From the NCBI RefSeq assembly GCF_964213995.1, contig NC_135821.1, positions 51,274,001 to 51,338,000 on the forward strand: a stretch of DNA of 64,000 nucleotides. The letters are read 5' to 3'. This document shows positions 23,471-36,791 of the stretch, piece by piece. Position 1 is the stretch's first letter, and every line of letters starts with the position of its first letter. Below the pieces are notes generated by a model, which was not told the origin of the DNA, did no database searches, and saw only the letters and a program-made list of their open reading frames with translations. A program made the position numbers and the translations under genes. The DNA is from Mustelus asterias (lineage: Eukaryota).

Positions 23471-24013
23471 AGCTGCTTTGAAATATACTTAGTGAGAAGA
23501 GATCAATGTGTTGTTGTAGAAACACTAAAGTCAATCCACAAAAATTACTTAGTGAAAGTGATTTTTTTTCAATATTTGTTGCTTTCATACCTTTGTTGGC
23601 CATGGTTCTTGATCTTTGTTCAAGCCCCTCCATCGCCACATCTGAAACAACCTCAACGATCACTGCCAGCTACATCCCTCCGCCTCTCTGAAATCTCCTT
23701 GTTCCCCACACTCTCCACTCCACCATTGATGACTGTTCATTCATTCACTGTGTACCTGTCCTCTAGAGCCCCAGTCCCTCTGACCTCTCACCTCTTTCCC
23801 TCCCACAGCCTCTCTTTTTCACTTTCCCCCCTTCTGCTTAGTATCTATTCCTTGTCCATTGCACTCTCTGCATATCAGCAGTATCAAAGTTGTTCTATGT
23901 TTCTCACTTTGTATTTAAGCACGAGGTTCAACTAAAGATAACTATGAAGAAGGGGGCAATAAAGTGAAGGGAGGAGAAACAGCTATGCTATATTTAACCC
24001 TGACAGACTTTAC

Positions 24014-24201
24014 CATATGTCTGTAGAGTTTTCCTTCTGCACTCGCCATGGCTTTGATGCATATATTGCTTCACCATTAACATTTAACCATTGTCCAATG
24101 GCCTCCAGCCTTTCTTGGAAAATGACAGGGATAGTGCCTTCTTTGGTCGGACCAATATTAAGCAGCAAGTTGCCTCCAAAAGACACAGCGTCCATCAAAT
24201 T
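24014..24201 (-). CDS. FUCA1: FUCA1 copy A exon 6
   Basis: cttcgacag| ... |gtaaag; 188 nt; [55 protein letters not shown]. Confidence 0.97.
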
Positions 24202-25042
24202 CTGTCGAAGAAAGAAAAGTCAGTGAGATAGAGCTACTGTCTATATTGTCCATTGTTGCTGTTTTAAGCTTCGGCCTCATAACAGTAATGGAACACCATG
24301 TTTTGGCAGTTTTACAGCACCCAACATATGCAGAGTATTTACCTTGTTCCCATTATCTACATCCTTTCAATACCTGCTGAATAAATAGCCCTCATTTCAT
24401 TTGATTAACATGGACAAAACAATGTGGCAAACATTTTTCCATTTATTTGTAAACCCCATAAACACTGATATAAATCATGTCAAAGCACATTAAAACCTGA
24501 ATGCTCATTTATCTCCCTAAGAAAAATAAATGGTTTGTCAGTCATTTTTTTGTCAAACAATCCCCATTTAAATATACAGAATTACTTTATGCTGCTGATT
24601 ATTGCAGCTCATCAATTTTCTCCCCTCTGCCTCTAAAGTTCCTTCAGCTCCTTCTATCATTTGGATTGATAGGAACTTTCAAAGCCTTATGGTTATGTGA
24701 GAGTGGTGATTTGGAGCATCAACAGGCTATTTAGTGCAGAGGCATCACTTCTGTACCCAACATCCATGCACTTTCAACATAGCGGGCTTGCTGGTAATCA
24801 AAAGCATCCTTCCCAAATTCAGCAAGATTCAGGCCAATTGTAATATCTCAGCACAGACTGTGTAACAACCTGGAAACCTCCCTGATAACATTGGTACAGC
24901 TGACCTTTAGAAATACTCTGATTCACTTGTTAGCAAAGGTAGCTCACACCAGAGCTCCAATGCACCTTCACCTGAACTTATCATTCTAGTTCTTTTGTTG
25001 TTCTTTAGTGCTGTTCACTATTGATTAATCAGGAGCACGTAC

Positions 25043-25243
25043 ACTGATAATGGATGGCACATCCAATACTTCACTCAAGTGCATGTTTCTGCGATATCCC
25101 CATGACTGTTTGTCGACTGTGGTGCATTTCTCCCACTTGTGGTTTTGAAGCTTGGTGGGGCTGTATTTGTCTGCGCAGTTGAAGAATCCGCCATGTTTAC
25201 AGGAACAACCAGCTCCCCAACGATCATTGGTTACCACAGTATC
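25043..25243 (-). CDS. FUCA1: FUCA1 copy A exon 5
   Basis: ccttttgctag| ... |gtacgt; 201 nt; [27 protein letters not shown]...[17 protein letters not shown]; the NCxDK motif resembles FUCA1 rather than FUCA2. Confidence 0.97.
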
Positions 25244-25259
25244 CTAGCAAAAGGAACAG

Positions 25260-25425
25260 ATATTTATATAGTGCCTTTCACAATTCTTAGGATGCCACCG
25301 AGCACTTTGTATCCAATGCAATGCTTCTGAAGTGCAGTCACTGTTGAAATGTAGGAAACATGGCAGTTAACTGATGCACAGCAAGAGCCCAAAACAGAAA
25401 CGTGATAATGGCCAGATAATGTCTT
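25260..25425 (-). mobile_element. Deu-domain SINE (SacSINE/AmnSINE-like) remnant
   Basis: Minus strand CTTGCTGTGCA...GTTTCCTACATT..ACAGTGACTGCACTTCA...GTGAAAGGCACTATATAAAT. Confidence 0.75.
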
Positions 25426-26268
25426 TTTTACTTACACAATGTTGGTTACAAGATCGAGTTCAACAATTCTGATCACGATCTTTGCCCATTTTTTGGAGCA
25501 CAGCATTTGGTAATGATTCTACTATTCCCACTTACCTCTCCTCCAGACACACCTTTTTGGTTCTTTATGTCTCCCATTACTATCTCCTTGGTCTTGTAAA
25601 TCTCTCTTGCCAATCACTGAGTTTCTCCTTTTGTCCTGCCCTGCCTCCCCACTAACCCTTTCCCCTACATTGCACAGAAATTGTTACATCTCTCAGTTGC
25701 CTCAGTTCTAACAAAGGATCATTCGCCTGAAGCACTAACTTGGTTTCTTGCTCCACAGAATTTTACAAATATGTAAGATTTGGAAATGGGTGGAAGGGTT
25801 TGTGGTGGTGCTGGGAATGGTCTGTCTGCATGTCATGCGATGTGATGAAAAGTAGCTTCCTAGGGAAATAGAAACCATTCAGAGGTTACATGGCACTCAG
25901 AAAGGATGGAGTGGACAAAAAGCAGGCATCTTTATGTCTCCATACATGAGGGACACTTGGAAAGACAAAGCAATGGATCCTGCTAAAGGTAGGAAGTGAA
26001 CATCTCTAATGTGGAGAAAACTCCAAGCTAACACAATGGATGTTGTAATAGACAACCAGGTTTGCATAGGTATAAAGGCAATCCAAAAAAATAGGATAGG
26101 AACTTAGATTTGGAATATGATTTTAAAGTACATTTCTATTATTTTAATACAAACTCTGAAAAATACATGCAGTTCATAGCCCAATTTGGCAAGACAATCA
26201 CACGAGGCAGTGCTCAGCTTATGCTGTGTCAAGAAACAGAGGTAGGTTTAAGTGATCGCTATTTGTAT

Positions 26269-27436
26269 TGTGAAATATGAGAAATAAGGTATAGATTTAA
26301 GTGAGTTTAATTTAGTGTTTTTGTGTAAGGGGTGCAAGTCTAGTTAGATTCATGTTAAACAAGGATGTTTGCATGTCTGGAGGTTTGGGTTTCAGTTCAA
26401 ACTGGGTTTCAATTGTGTTAAGTGAGTTTACGACAGGAAAAGTAAACACAAGCTTGCGGAAAGAATACAATGCTGCTTCGCAACCAGGGGTCACTTTTAG
26501 GGGGAAGACCTTTTGAGTTTTAGTGTTTAACCTGATCCAGGCAGTTGGTATAGGAAGCCAGAGAGGGAACAGCTCTCAACTCTGCTAGCAGCAGGAAAGC
26601 CATGCAATGGAGTAATGCGCACAAGAAAACAGCTCCAGAGGAACTAAAGGACAGTTTGCTCTTGAAACCAGGGAATGGAAAAGAAACTACAGGAATATTG
26701 AAGTAAAAAGGAACAAAGGGGAACTGCCATTGGAACAGGATGTTGTTCACTGAAGTTAAAGTGAGACATGGTGAGGCTGGCTATAGTAGAGCTACATATC
26801 TGAAGAAATCATAAGTTTGGTGTCTTTACTTCCAACCTTTGAAAACAACAGTATTCTTTTGGGAAATGAGTATTTGAGATGTTGTGTGGACATTTGGATG
26901 CATGTTGCAATTCAAGACAAAGGAATAAGGAAGGGAGAGTTGGAAAACCTAGAGGATCTGCCAATCGTTGCTAAAACAGCCGAGATTGGTTTGGAAGAAG
27001 ATGTTAACAGGCATCTTTTTGTGAGTGGATATCAGAAATACTTGTGTGATAAACATCTGGGGGGAATTTCAGGAAAAATCCGCGGAAGATTGATCGAGTG
27101 GCACCTGCCAATTGGTTTCAGAGTGGGGTGTTATCTGAGAACTTCTAGCCTGTTGGGTTACAGGAACTGCGTTTACTGAAAACATTATGACATAAAACAT
27201 ATTTTGTATCCTGTGCGATCCTTAAAACATGTAAACATTTGTAAAGATAAGAGTGAAGGAATGTTGTATTATTGTCAAACGTTTCACGTTAATAATTTTT
27301 TGTTGTTAGAAGCTAAATGGCAGCCTTGTGACTTTTCCTCCACGTTTTCTAAAAAAGTTAAAGTTACTGTCTTTTGAGCTAGGGATCCATTCTGGGATCT
27401 TTCCGTCCAGTTGTAACATCAATTAGGATTGTAACA
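26269..27436 (+). mobile_element. Probable solo LTR in FUCA1-A intron 4
   Basis: TGTGA...GTAACA termini, LTR-like composition, no ORF; TSD not clean. Confidence 0.55.
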
Positions 27437-27840
27437 GCTGATTTGTCAATAACCCAGAATTCAAGCATCGATTCTTATAAGAGGTATACTAGGTGGAGGT
27501 TATACTATCCCTACAGGTGGAGAGGAAGACAGTGACCACAAAACGCTTGAATTTAACATGAGCTGCAGTCAGGAACATCCAGGATCAGAAGACAAATATG
27601 TAATTTTAACACAGCTAAATTAAATGAAACGAAGGAACAACTAAAGCAGGTAGAAGCTGGGAGGGAGGGGAATTGTTCACAAGAGAAATGGAACAACTTT
27701 TAGACATAATGCTGAATATGCAGGGTAAAAAAAGAACAAAAGAACGGTTTAACATACCTCATCCCCAAATAGATAAACAAATTAAAAATGAGTTAATTAT
27801 AATCGCCAACAATGATCTTGTGAATATTGCTAATAAGTAC

Positions 27841-27946
27841 CTTGACAGGGCTATCGTTGTAAAGCCAGGCCAGAAATCCAGTGGAGTTCCAGTAGGTATC
27901 TGGTGCTTCCCAGTCTCCATCTGACCAGATGATATCTGGTTTATAC
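27841..27946 (-). CDS. FUCA1: FUCA1 copy A exon 4 (catalytic nucleophile Asp in IWSDG)
   Basis: ccccaccag| ... |gtactt; 106 nt; [35 protein letters not shown]. Confidence 0.97.
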
Positions 27947-29221
27947 CTGGTGGGGAAACATTCACATGTTAGGAAATAGAGATGATTTTAAACAAGTTAT
28001 ATTAGTTCTGTTGGTGTTAGGAATAAGCTATAGCTTTAAGTTTAAGTTTGATTGTGATGGCAGTTTAAACAACTTTAAATGCAATCTTTATATCTTTCCT
28101 TAAAGGCACACAAGATGCTTACTGACTTGTAACAGGATTATTGACACTGAAAAATGAGTGCCATCTTTTAGTATCTATCCTGGATGGGGTCAAAAACTAA
28201 CAAGGAGGAATTACGAAAAATCATACCACCTTAGCTATAAGCCTGGACATTAAACTGTGCAATATTATTGTTCAAACACTCCATTACGTGTCTGAAAGGA
28301 CTCTGCTGTTATCTTAACAAGGTTGTTTAACCATTTGGAAAAAAGAAATGTGATGTTTCACACAGTAATATCACACTGCATCATTTCCAGGCAGGTTTAC
28401 TTACTGAGGGGCAGCATTGTGACCTTTCAATTGAGATGGCAGAGCGGATAATTCTTGGCAATTTTAGAATTAATTCCGCTTGAAAAATTCTTCCATACTG
28501 GACACATGCCCCCTCTCTCCTCTGCCCTCAGCACCATTTAAACCGATACTCCAAGCAAACTGTCGGGTTTGAATTACATTTTGGTCTACGTAGCAAAGCC
28601 AAAGAAGTGAGTAGAGTCCGTGGTCAATGCCACCACCCTGTGCATACACACTGACCGGAATTTTCCCCAATATCAGCGAAGGGCAATGTCGGGCAGGAAA
28701 AGCAGCGTTGAAGCCGCTGATGGTAATGGTGGCTTTCACATTTACATGATATATCACACATGTCACATGACATATCGATGATTCGCTAACCCTGCCATCA
28801 AATCAGACACTCAGTGATCCAGGCGCCATTTTTAAGAGCCACCCCAGCACACAGCTAGCAAATCAGGAAATAATCTTTACTCGGGTGCACCCCGTTGCAC
28901 CCGCCTGGCATCAAGCTGGCACTACCCTCTCCTTCCTGAGCACTGAGTGCACTTCCAAGCTCCCCTGGGAGTAGTGCTCGCCAGGTGCACGCCTTCTGAG
29001 ACCAGTCGTGCTTCACATCATTCGCATATGCTGTGAGTGGATTTTTTGACGTGGGGGTGATTGTGGTGTATGGGCCTGATAATTATATGTTAATTTATTA
29101 TAGTGAGGTTCCCGATGTTGAACGTTGGGAAACGCAGTCAGTCAGTGGCGGCGGGGGGGCATTGTGTCTCAGTAATGATGTGCGCTCACAGACAATATTG
29201 TACAAGTACATATTCCATTAC

Positions 29222-29359
29222 CTCATGACCAACTCGTACAGCTCTGGTAATGTTTTCTCCACAACAAATTTCTGGGTCTTGAAATGGTTCTGTTTATCAT
29301 GCAGGTAGAGAGGATGAAACCACTCAAAGAGAGAATGGTACACTCCGTAAGTCAAATTC
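29222..29359 (-). CDS. FUCA1: FUCA1 copy A exon 3
   Basis: gcaacag| ... |gtaatg; 138 nt; [45 protein letters not shown]. Confidence 0.97.
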
Positions 29360-29467
29360 CTGTTGCAACAGAAGGACATGTTTGATGTATTAAATTTCAA
29401 ACTGGACCATTCAGTTTGTTTTCAATATATTCAAATATTTAAGATCAATAGTGAAACAACTATAGCA

Positions 29468-30950
29468 AACATAAAAGCACATAAACTAGGAGCAGGAGTA
29501 GGCCATTTGGCCCGACAAGCCTGTTCCACCATTCATTATGATCATGGCTGGTCATCCAATTCAGCAACCTGTTCCCACTTTCCCCCCATATCCTTTGATC
29601 CCTTAAGCTCCAAGTGCTATATGTAACTCCTTCTTAAAATGTTTTAGCCTCAACTGCTTTCTGTGGTAGTGATGTTCACAGGCTCATCACTCTGAGTGAG
29701 GAAATTCCCCCCCCCCCCCCCCCCCCCCCTATTTCAGTCCTAAATGGTTCACCCTGTATCCTTAGACTGTGACCCCTGGTTCTGAACTCCCATCTACCCT
29801 GTCTAGTCCTGTTAGAACTTTATACATTTCTGGGAGATCCTCCCCTCATTCCTCGAAACTCCAGCAAATATAATTCTAACCAACTCAATCCCTCCTCATA
29901 CGTCAGTCCCGCCATCCCAGGAATCAGTCTGGTAAACATTTGCTGAACTCTCTCTATAGCAAGAATATCTTCCTCAGATAAGGAGACCAAAACAGTCACA
30001 ATATTCCAGGTGTGGTTCCACACTGAATAATTGAAGTAAGACATCCCTGCTCCTGCACTTGAAACCTCTTGCTATGAAGGCCAACATACTATTTGCCTTC
30101 TTTACCACCTGCTGCACCTACATGCTTAATTTCAGCGACTGAAGGTCTCAATGCACATTCCCCTCTCTTAATCTGCAACTGTTCAGATAATCTGCCTTCC
30201 TGTTTTTGCTACCAAAGTGGATAACTTTACATTTATCCACATTAAACTGCACTTGTCATGCATTTGCCCACTCACTCAACTTGTCTAAATCACATTGAAG
30301 GCTCTCTGCATCCCCGTCACAGCTGATCCCCCACCAGCTTTGTGTCATTTGCAAATTCGGAGATATTACATTTAGTTCCCTCATCCAAATCATTTATATA
30401 GTGACTAGCTGGGGTCCCAGCACTGATCCCTGCAGTACCCCACTAGTCACTGCCTGCCATTCAGGAAATTAATGTTTTGTTTCCTGACTGCCAACCAGTT
30501 TTCTATCCATCTCAATACAGTACCTCCAATCTCATGCACTTCAATTTTACACACTAAACTCTCACGTGAGACATTATCAAAAGCCTTCTGAGAGTCCAAA
30601 TAAACTACATCGCCTGGTTTCCCCATCGTCACTCTACTAGTTACGTCCTTGAAGAATTGCAATAGATTTATTAAGCGTGATGTCCCTTTCATAAATCCAT
30701 GCTGACTCTTCCAATCCTGCCACTGTTTTCCAAGGGTTGTGCTACTAAATCTTTTATAACGGACTCTAGAATTTTCTCCACTACCAACGTCAGGCTGACT
30801 GGTCTATAATTCCCTGTTTTCTTTCTACTTTCCTTTTTAAATAGTGGGGTTATATTTGCTATCCTACAATCTGTATGAAGTGCTCCAGAGTTTATAGAAT
30901 CTTGGAAGATGGCCACTATTTCTAAGGACACTTCCTTAAGTATTCTGGGT
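29468..30950 (-). mobile_element. CR1 RT/3' fragment
   Basis: GNYRPVSLT, VVYLDSQKAFD, ERVQQMFTRLIPGM; tail at ~29470. Confidence 0.92.
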
Positions 30951-31853
30951 AGGTATAAATAACCTCAGAAGCAATCTTCTTATTCTTTTTACAAGATAGG
31001 TAAGGCACTAGATGAAGAAAACTGGAGCTCACATTTGAGAACCCATGAGATTGTAACTAATAAAGATGCAGAACAAAAGATGTGGCAATGGGAATAAAAG
31101 CCTCAAATGCATTGGCTGAGTCTGTAATGAGGGAAGGGGTAAATGTTGAGAAGGCTGGGGGATAGGTTTTTAAGAGTGCTTGTGAAACTTTTCAAGATTT
31201 AGCTAGACCATTACCCACAGCAATACATTTCAATGGCTCAGACCCTGCAAATAATCCTCGTTCTTTGAGAATAAAAACCTTAGCTAAACGTTAACAGTTT
31301 ATTTTAACACAGCCCTCCCTCCCTTTCCCTTAACCCCGAATGATATGTGTTTGCTTAGGCATACATTTGCCACCTGAAGTTTCGAAAGCTAAAAAATGGA
31401 AATGCTAAAGTTTTGGCAAACTTGTCAGCAAGTTTCACTTCAATTTCCAATATCCCCACAATGGGGATATTCCTGTTAATGTCGCAGAAAATAAAATAAT
31501 GATTACAAGGCATTCCTGTAATTTTAGTTAACATTTCTGTAAATACAAGAAATAAAAACAAAATCCCATCATCACAAAGCCTGCTTTAGGACAGTTGAGT
31601 AGCTGTAGGGATTCCCTACACAGGAAAGTCTATGCACATTGAACCAGGTTACTAATTCCCAGTGTGTTTCCAGTTGGGTGTTAAACTTTTGTGAAGACAC
31701 CATTGATCAAATCCTGGTTGACTCAGAATGGTGTATTTTGGTACCACTCTGTTTATATTCTATGGGATTAGCATGGGTTTTAATTGTCAATATGCATCAA
31801 TGTGATTGTAAATACATTGCAATTTCCCCAACTACACAGAATTAAATACAAAC

Positions 31854-31988
31854 CGTTTTCGAACTGCGACTCCCAGGTCACCCACCAAGTCTCGATGAGG
31901 ACCCGTGTCAATTGAGTTCCAGTTCCAGGACACGGATGATCCCCAGTTTGTGAATCCTTCATGGTGTTTGCTTGTCAGAACCACATAC
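31854..31988 (-). CDS. FUCA1: FUCA1 copy A exon 2
   Basis: ttgtgctttcag| ... |gtttgt; 135 nt; [44 protein letters not shown] (GH29 KHHEGF motif). Confidence 0.97.
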
Positions 31989-32217
31989 CTGAAAGCACAA
32001 ACCACAAGAAAGCTGCTTGAGAATCAATACCAATGTCCCCGACACTTCTGGATATTCTAGATCATTTCAAACTAAGATCAGCTCTATGAGAAGCAAAGGA
32101 TTCAAACAAAAACTACTTAGCTTGCTCTTCCATTGAGATTTTCCAAATTAGTTTTTGGCAAGTGTTGTAAAGATTTTCTTCCTACCAATGTTTTTCCTTA
32201 GGCCACACAAATGACAT

Positions 32218-32565
32218 TAGAAATATAGAAAATAGGAGCAGGATTAGGTCATTCGGCTCTTTGAGCCTGTTCCAGCACTCAATATGATCATGGCTGGTCC
32301 TCTATCTCAACGACATACTACCGTGCTCTCCCATACCCCCGACACCTTTAGAGTCCATCTATTTTCTTCTTAAATATATTCAGCGACTTGGCCTCTGCAG
32401 CCTTCTCTGGTAGCGAATTTCACAGGTTTACCACCGAGTGAAGATATTTTTCCTCATCTCAGTTCTAAATGGCCTACCCTATATCCTGAGACTGTGACCC
32501 CTTGTCCTACACCATCCTGCTAGAGGAAACATCATCATCTAGTCTGTCCAGTCCTGTTAGAATTA
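32218..32565 (-). mobile_element. CR1 3' end, specific to copy A intron 1
   Basis: ATAGGAGCAGGATTAGGTCATTCGG tail; absent from the paralogous site at ~245. Confidence 0.8.
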
Positions 32566-34212
32566 GCTGTTGCTGCATTCCCCTGAGAAACCCTCTCCCC
32601 CAGCAGTATCCAAAATGAAAAACCTGTTAGAAAGGGAGATGGACCCATGGGACTCCTGCACTACCTGACTAGTGCTTTTGCTCTGCCGAGCAGTTACCCA
32701 TTCCCTTTCTGCCGGTGCACATTTTACCTGCAAATGTGGTCACATCACTGTACATGCTATCCACGAATATCTCATCCTTGCAGATGCTCCACAGTGACTC
32801 CAGCCACAGCTCCAGCTCCGAATTGCAGACTTCAAGTAATTGCAACTGGAGAAGTAGAAATACTCACCAGGCCCTATTTAGCAAGGCCACCAACTCTTCT
32901 TTGTCCTAACCCTAACTTTCACCAAACTCCAATATAAACACTCGGAGTGTTGCTTTGGGCTGCATCAATCAAGAAATACAGAATGGAATACTCTCAAAGG
33001 AGTTCTCGTGTTATAATTGAGATTAATGTATCAACATCCATGATGGAGTTCAGAGTATTTTCAATGCACAGCTACAAAATCGGCAGGAAATATATAGCAA
33101 AGAAACAGATTGAATGTGATATTAGGATGTATTTTGGTAACCTAATCTGATTTAGAAATAACTGCAATAAAGGGATATGTTTAAAGAAAACGCTAGTCCA
33201 TCACTGGGGATGGAACATCAGTCAATTCTCAACTCAAAGACCGCAGTGCTGTTTGCCCATAATCCACTACAGAATAAAATTAATATTGCAGTGACTATGT
33301 CACAAATATAATTACCAAAACCATACCACCCAGCCCGCCCCGGAATTGGGGTGGGCGAGGTTCCCAAAACAGAAATTTCCATTGGCCTCAGGTGGGATTT
33401 TATGATCTCGCCTGAGCAAGGCTGTAAAATCCCACCCAATGTTTCTGTTAGAACATTATAGGCACATTAACAGAACATTCATGCTATCATGGCGAGACAT
33501 AAAGAGGGTGATCTTCTAGACATCAATTCTATACTTCAATTCTAATAAAATGTTTTAACAAATTTATTTTACAAAAGGATTTGCGTTAAGTGGTAAACAT
33601 GTCTTATTGCAATTATATAAGCCTTGGTTTTTAGTTTTAAAAGTTGATTTATTAGTGTCACAAGTAAGCTTACACTAACAGTGCAATGACGTTACTGTGA
33701 AAATCCCCGAATCGCCACACTCCAGCGCCTGTTCGGGTACACTGAGGGAGAATTTAGCGTGGTCAATGCACCTAACCAGCACGTCTTTCTGACTGTGGGA
33801 GGAAACCACACTTGGAGTATCATGTGCAGTTTTTGTCTCTTTACCAAAGGAAAGATATAATTGCACTCCTGGTGCAACTAAGGTTCACCAAATTAATTCC
33901 TGGAATTAAGGTATTGTCCTATGAGGGAAGAGTAAATAGACTTGGTCTTTATTTGCTGAAGTTTAGAAAAATGAGAGGCGAGCTCATTCAAATATACAAA
34001 TTTGTTACAGGGTTTGCAGCATCTGTGGTTACAGCACAGGACTATTGGCCAGATGCAGGAAGGCGGGATTAGAAAGGGCACCTGGGAATCATTGGGTTGG
34101 CATGGAGAAGATGGGCTGAGTAGCCTCCTTCTGTGCTGTAACTTTTCTATGATTCTATGGCTGGACAGGGAAGATGCAGGAAGAATATTTCCCTGGGTTG
34201 GTTGTTCTAGAC

Positions 34213-34855
34213 ATGATGTGGAGATACGCCGGCGTTGGACTGGGGTAAACACAGTAAGAAGTTTAACAACACCAGGTTAAAGTCCAACAGGTTTATTTGG
34301 TAGCAAATACCACTAGCTTTCGGAACAGGCTGTCCCTTCGACAGGTGGAGTGGAGAAATGCTCACAAACAGGGCATACAGAGACACATACTCAATTTACA
34401 GAATAATGATTGGAATGCAGTCTTTACAGATAATCAAGTCTTAAAAGGTACAAACAATGTGAATGGAGGGAGCATTAAGCACAGGTTAAAGAGATGTGTA
34501 TTGTCTCCAGACAGGACAGCCAGTGAGATTCTGCAAATCTAGACAAGCTGTGGGGGTTACAGATAGTGTGACATGAACCCAAGATCCCAGTTGAGGCCGT
34601 CCTCATGTGTGCGGAACTTGGCTACCAGTCTCTGCTCAGCGACTCTGCGCTGTTGTGTGTCATGAAGGCTGCCTTGGAGAACGCTTACGCGAAGATCAGA
34701 GGCCGAATGCCCGTGATCGCTGAAGTGCTCCCCAACAGGAAGAGAACAGTCTTGCCTGGTGATTGTCGAGCGGTGTTCATTCATCCATTGTCGTAGCGTC
34801 TGCATGGTTTCCCCAATGTACCATGCCTCGGGACATCCTTTCCTGCAGCGTACCC
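34213..34855 (-). mobile_element. Penelope-like element 3' part (GIY-YIG endonuclease C-terminus plus tail)
   Basis: RCRKGCPEAWYIGETMQTLRQWMNEH...EQRLVAKFRTHEDGLN; hammerhead-like motif at 34310-34348. Confidence 0.92.
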
Positions 34856-35852
34856 GGTAGCTAGCACCAGAGAACACTGTGTCACAATAAGGGTAGGTCA
34901 TTTAGGACTGAGATGAGGAGGAATTTCTTCCCTCAGGGGTTGATGAATCTTTGGAATTCACTGCCCCGGAGGGCAATGGAGGCTCAGGGGTTCAAGAGTG
35001 AGATCAATAATTGCTCAAAGGTCTGAATGGCCAATCCTGCTCCTATTGTTTTATGTTTTTATAAAAATGGATAAATGCAATGGAATACAAAGAAAATACA
35101 CCTAATCCCGTAATATTCAAATAATCGTATTTAGAACAGCAGAACCCATTTCCAAGTACTTTCCTGTATCTCACACATCCACCATCAATAAACTTTACTC
35201 CAGTATCTAATAAGGAGCCTGAACAGAGGGAGTTGGAGCTCAATACAGATTCAATTGGTTTTGGGACCAGGGGTCAGAAATGCGAACAAGTTTCTGCCAG
35301 AACAGCTTTTCTGTTTTCAGAAACTATTGGACTGACTGTGTTTTCAACATTTTCTGCTTACAATTCAAATTTCCAGTTTGTAACCTCTGTCACTGCTGTG
35401 ATACAATTGTGAAGAAAAAATTCAGGGAATTTGCTTCAGTTTTCACACTGAGGAAGGTGGATACAATACCAGTGAAGGGAAGCTGACACAAAACCAGCAA
35501 AGATAATCAACCACACTGAACAACACAGGGATAGCTGGCGCAATGTTATTCCCAGGTATGTATCAAGTGATCATGCACCACATTGTGAAATATCATGTGG
35601 TCCGAGCATCATATGATCAAACCTCAAGAAAATGCCACCAACCAGTTTAGCAACTCTGTTGAAATCAGCATGAAATGATTTTGCTGATATTAACCCACCC
35701 AATACAATTAAAAAGAACAATACTGCCGGTTTGTCAACCATCACATCAGACAAAAGTGACAAATATTCTTTTTTATTTAAATTTGCAACTATTTTTAATG
35801 TCTTGTCAACTCTATTATAATCATCGCTCAGTAAATATTAACTTTCACCACT

Positions 35853-36172
35853 ACGGCACAGTAGCACAGTGGTTAGCACTGCTCCAGGGTTCGATTCCCG
35901 GCTTGGGTCACTGAGTGTCTGGAGTTTGCACGTTTTCCCCGTGTCTGCGTGGGTTTCCTCCGGGTGCTCCAGTTTCCTCCCACAGTCCAAAGATGTGGGG
36001 GTTAGGTTGATTGGTCATGCTAAATTGCCCCCTAGTGTCCCAGGATGCATTGGTTAAAGGGATTAGTGGGTAAATATGTAGGGATATGGGGATAGGGCCT
36101 GGGTGGGATTGTTGGTGCAGACTCGATAGGCTGAATGGCCTCCTTCTGCACTGTAGGGGTTCTATGATTCTA
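35853..36172 (+). mobile_element. HE1 SINE
   Basis: Head, core and tail; absent from copy B. Confidence 0.92.
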
Positions 36173-36208
36173 CTTGTTCATAGCATTTTCTGAGTTTAGA
36201 CGTTCTTC

Positions 36209-36429
36209 AGCAGCTTCTCCCCTGCTGCCATCAGGCTTTTGAATGGACCTACCTTTATATGAGGTTGGTCTTTCGCTATACCCTAGTTATGACAATAACA
36301 CTACATTCTGCACCCTTTCCTTTCCTCTCCTTCTCCCCTAGGTACCCTATGCTTTGTCTGTATAGCGGGCAAGAACAATACTTTTCACTGTATACCAATA
36401 CATGTGACAACAATATATCAAATCAAATC
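36209..36429 (+). mobile_element. Rex1/Babar-like LINE 3' end abutting the FUCA1-A exon 1 donor
   Basis: SFSPAAIRLLN remnant and AAATCAAATC tail; absent from copy B. Confidence 0.8.
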
Positions 36430-36435
36430 TTGTAC

Positions 36436-36791
36436 CTGGCTCCGGATTTCCGAAACACCTCTGCCCACTGATCCGGATCAAAGAACTCTGCGGTGAACTC
36501 CGGGGCGAACTGGCTGTATGTGAACCCCTCTGGGTAGTTCTTTTTCATGAAGTCCACATACTGGAGTCGATGCAAGGCTCGCCAGTTCCACCAGAACCAC
36601 TCGCTCCCGAAGCTGGGCACGGAAAAGACACCCCAGTGGATGAAAATCCCAAATTTACCCTCGTCGTACCAGGCGGGCAGGGGTCTGCTGTCCAGACTCT
36701 TCCAGTCCGGCTGGTAGCGGCGAACGGGAGCAACACCCGGCCATAAAATCCCAGTTATACAAACACAACTGACAAAACTCTCCCAGCCCAT
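36436..36791 (-). CDS. FUCA1: Alpha-L-fucosidase (GH29) copy A, exon 1 of 8
   Basis: ATG at 36791-36789; signal-peptide-like N-terminus, then [43 protein letters not shown]...[15 protein letters not shown]; donor AG|GTACAA; 356 nt, phase 2. Confidence 0.97.

Noticed and set aside
29707-29729. Poly-C tract (also poly-G at ~18293-18306 and ~61398-61414)
   Set aside because: Simple homopolymer expansions; lengths are unreliable and there is no functional evidence.
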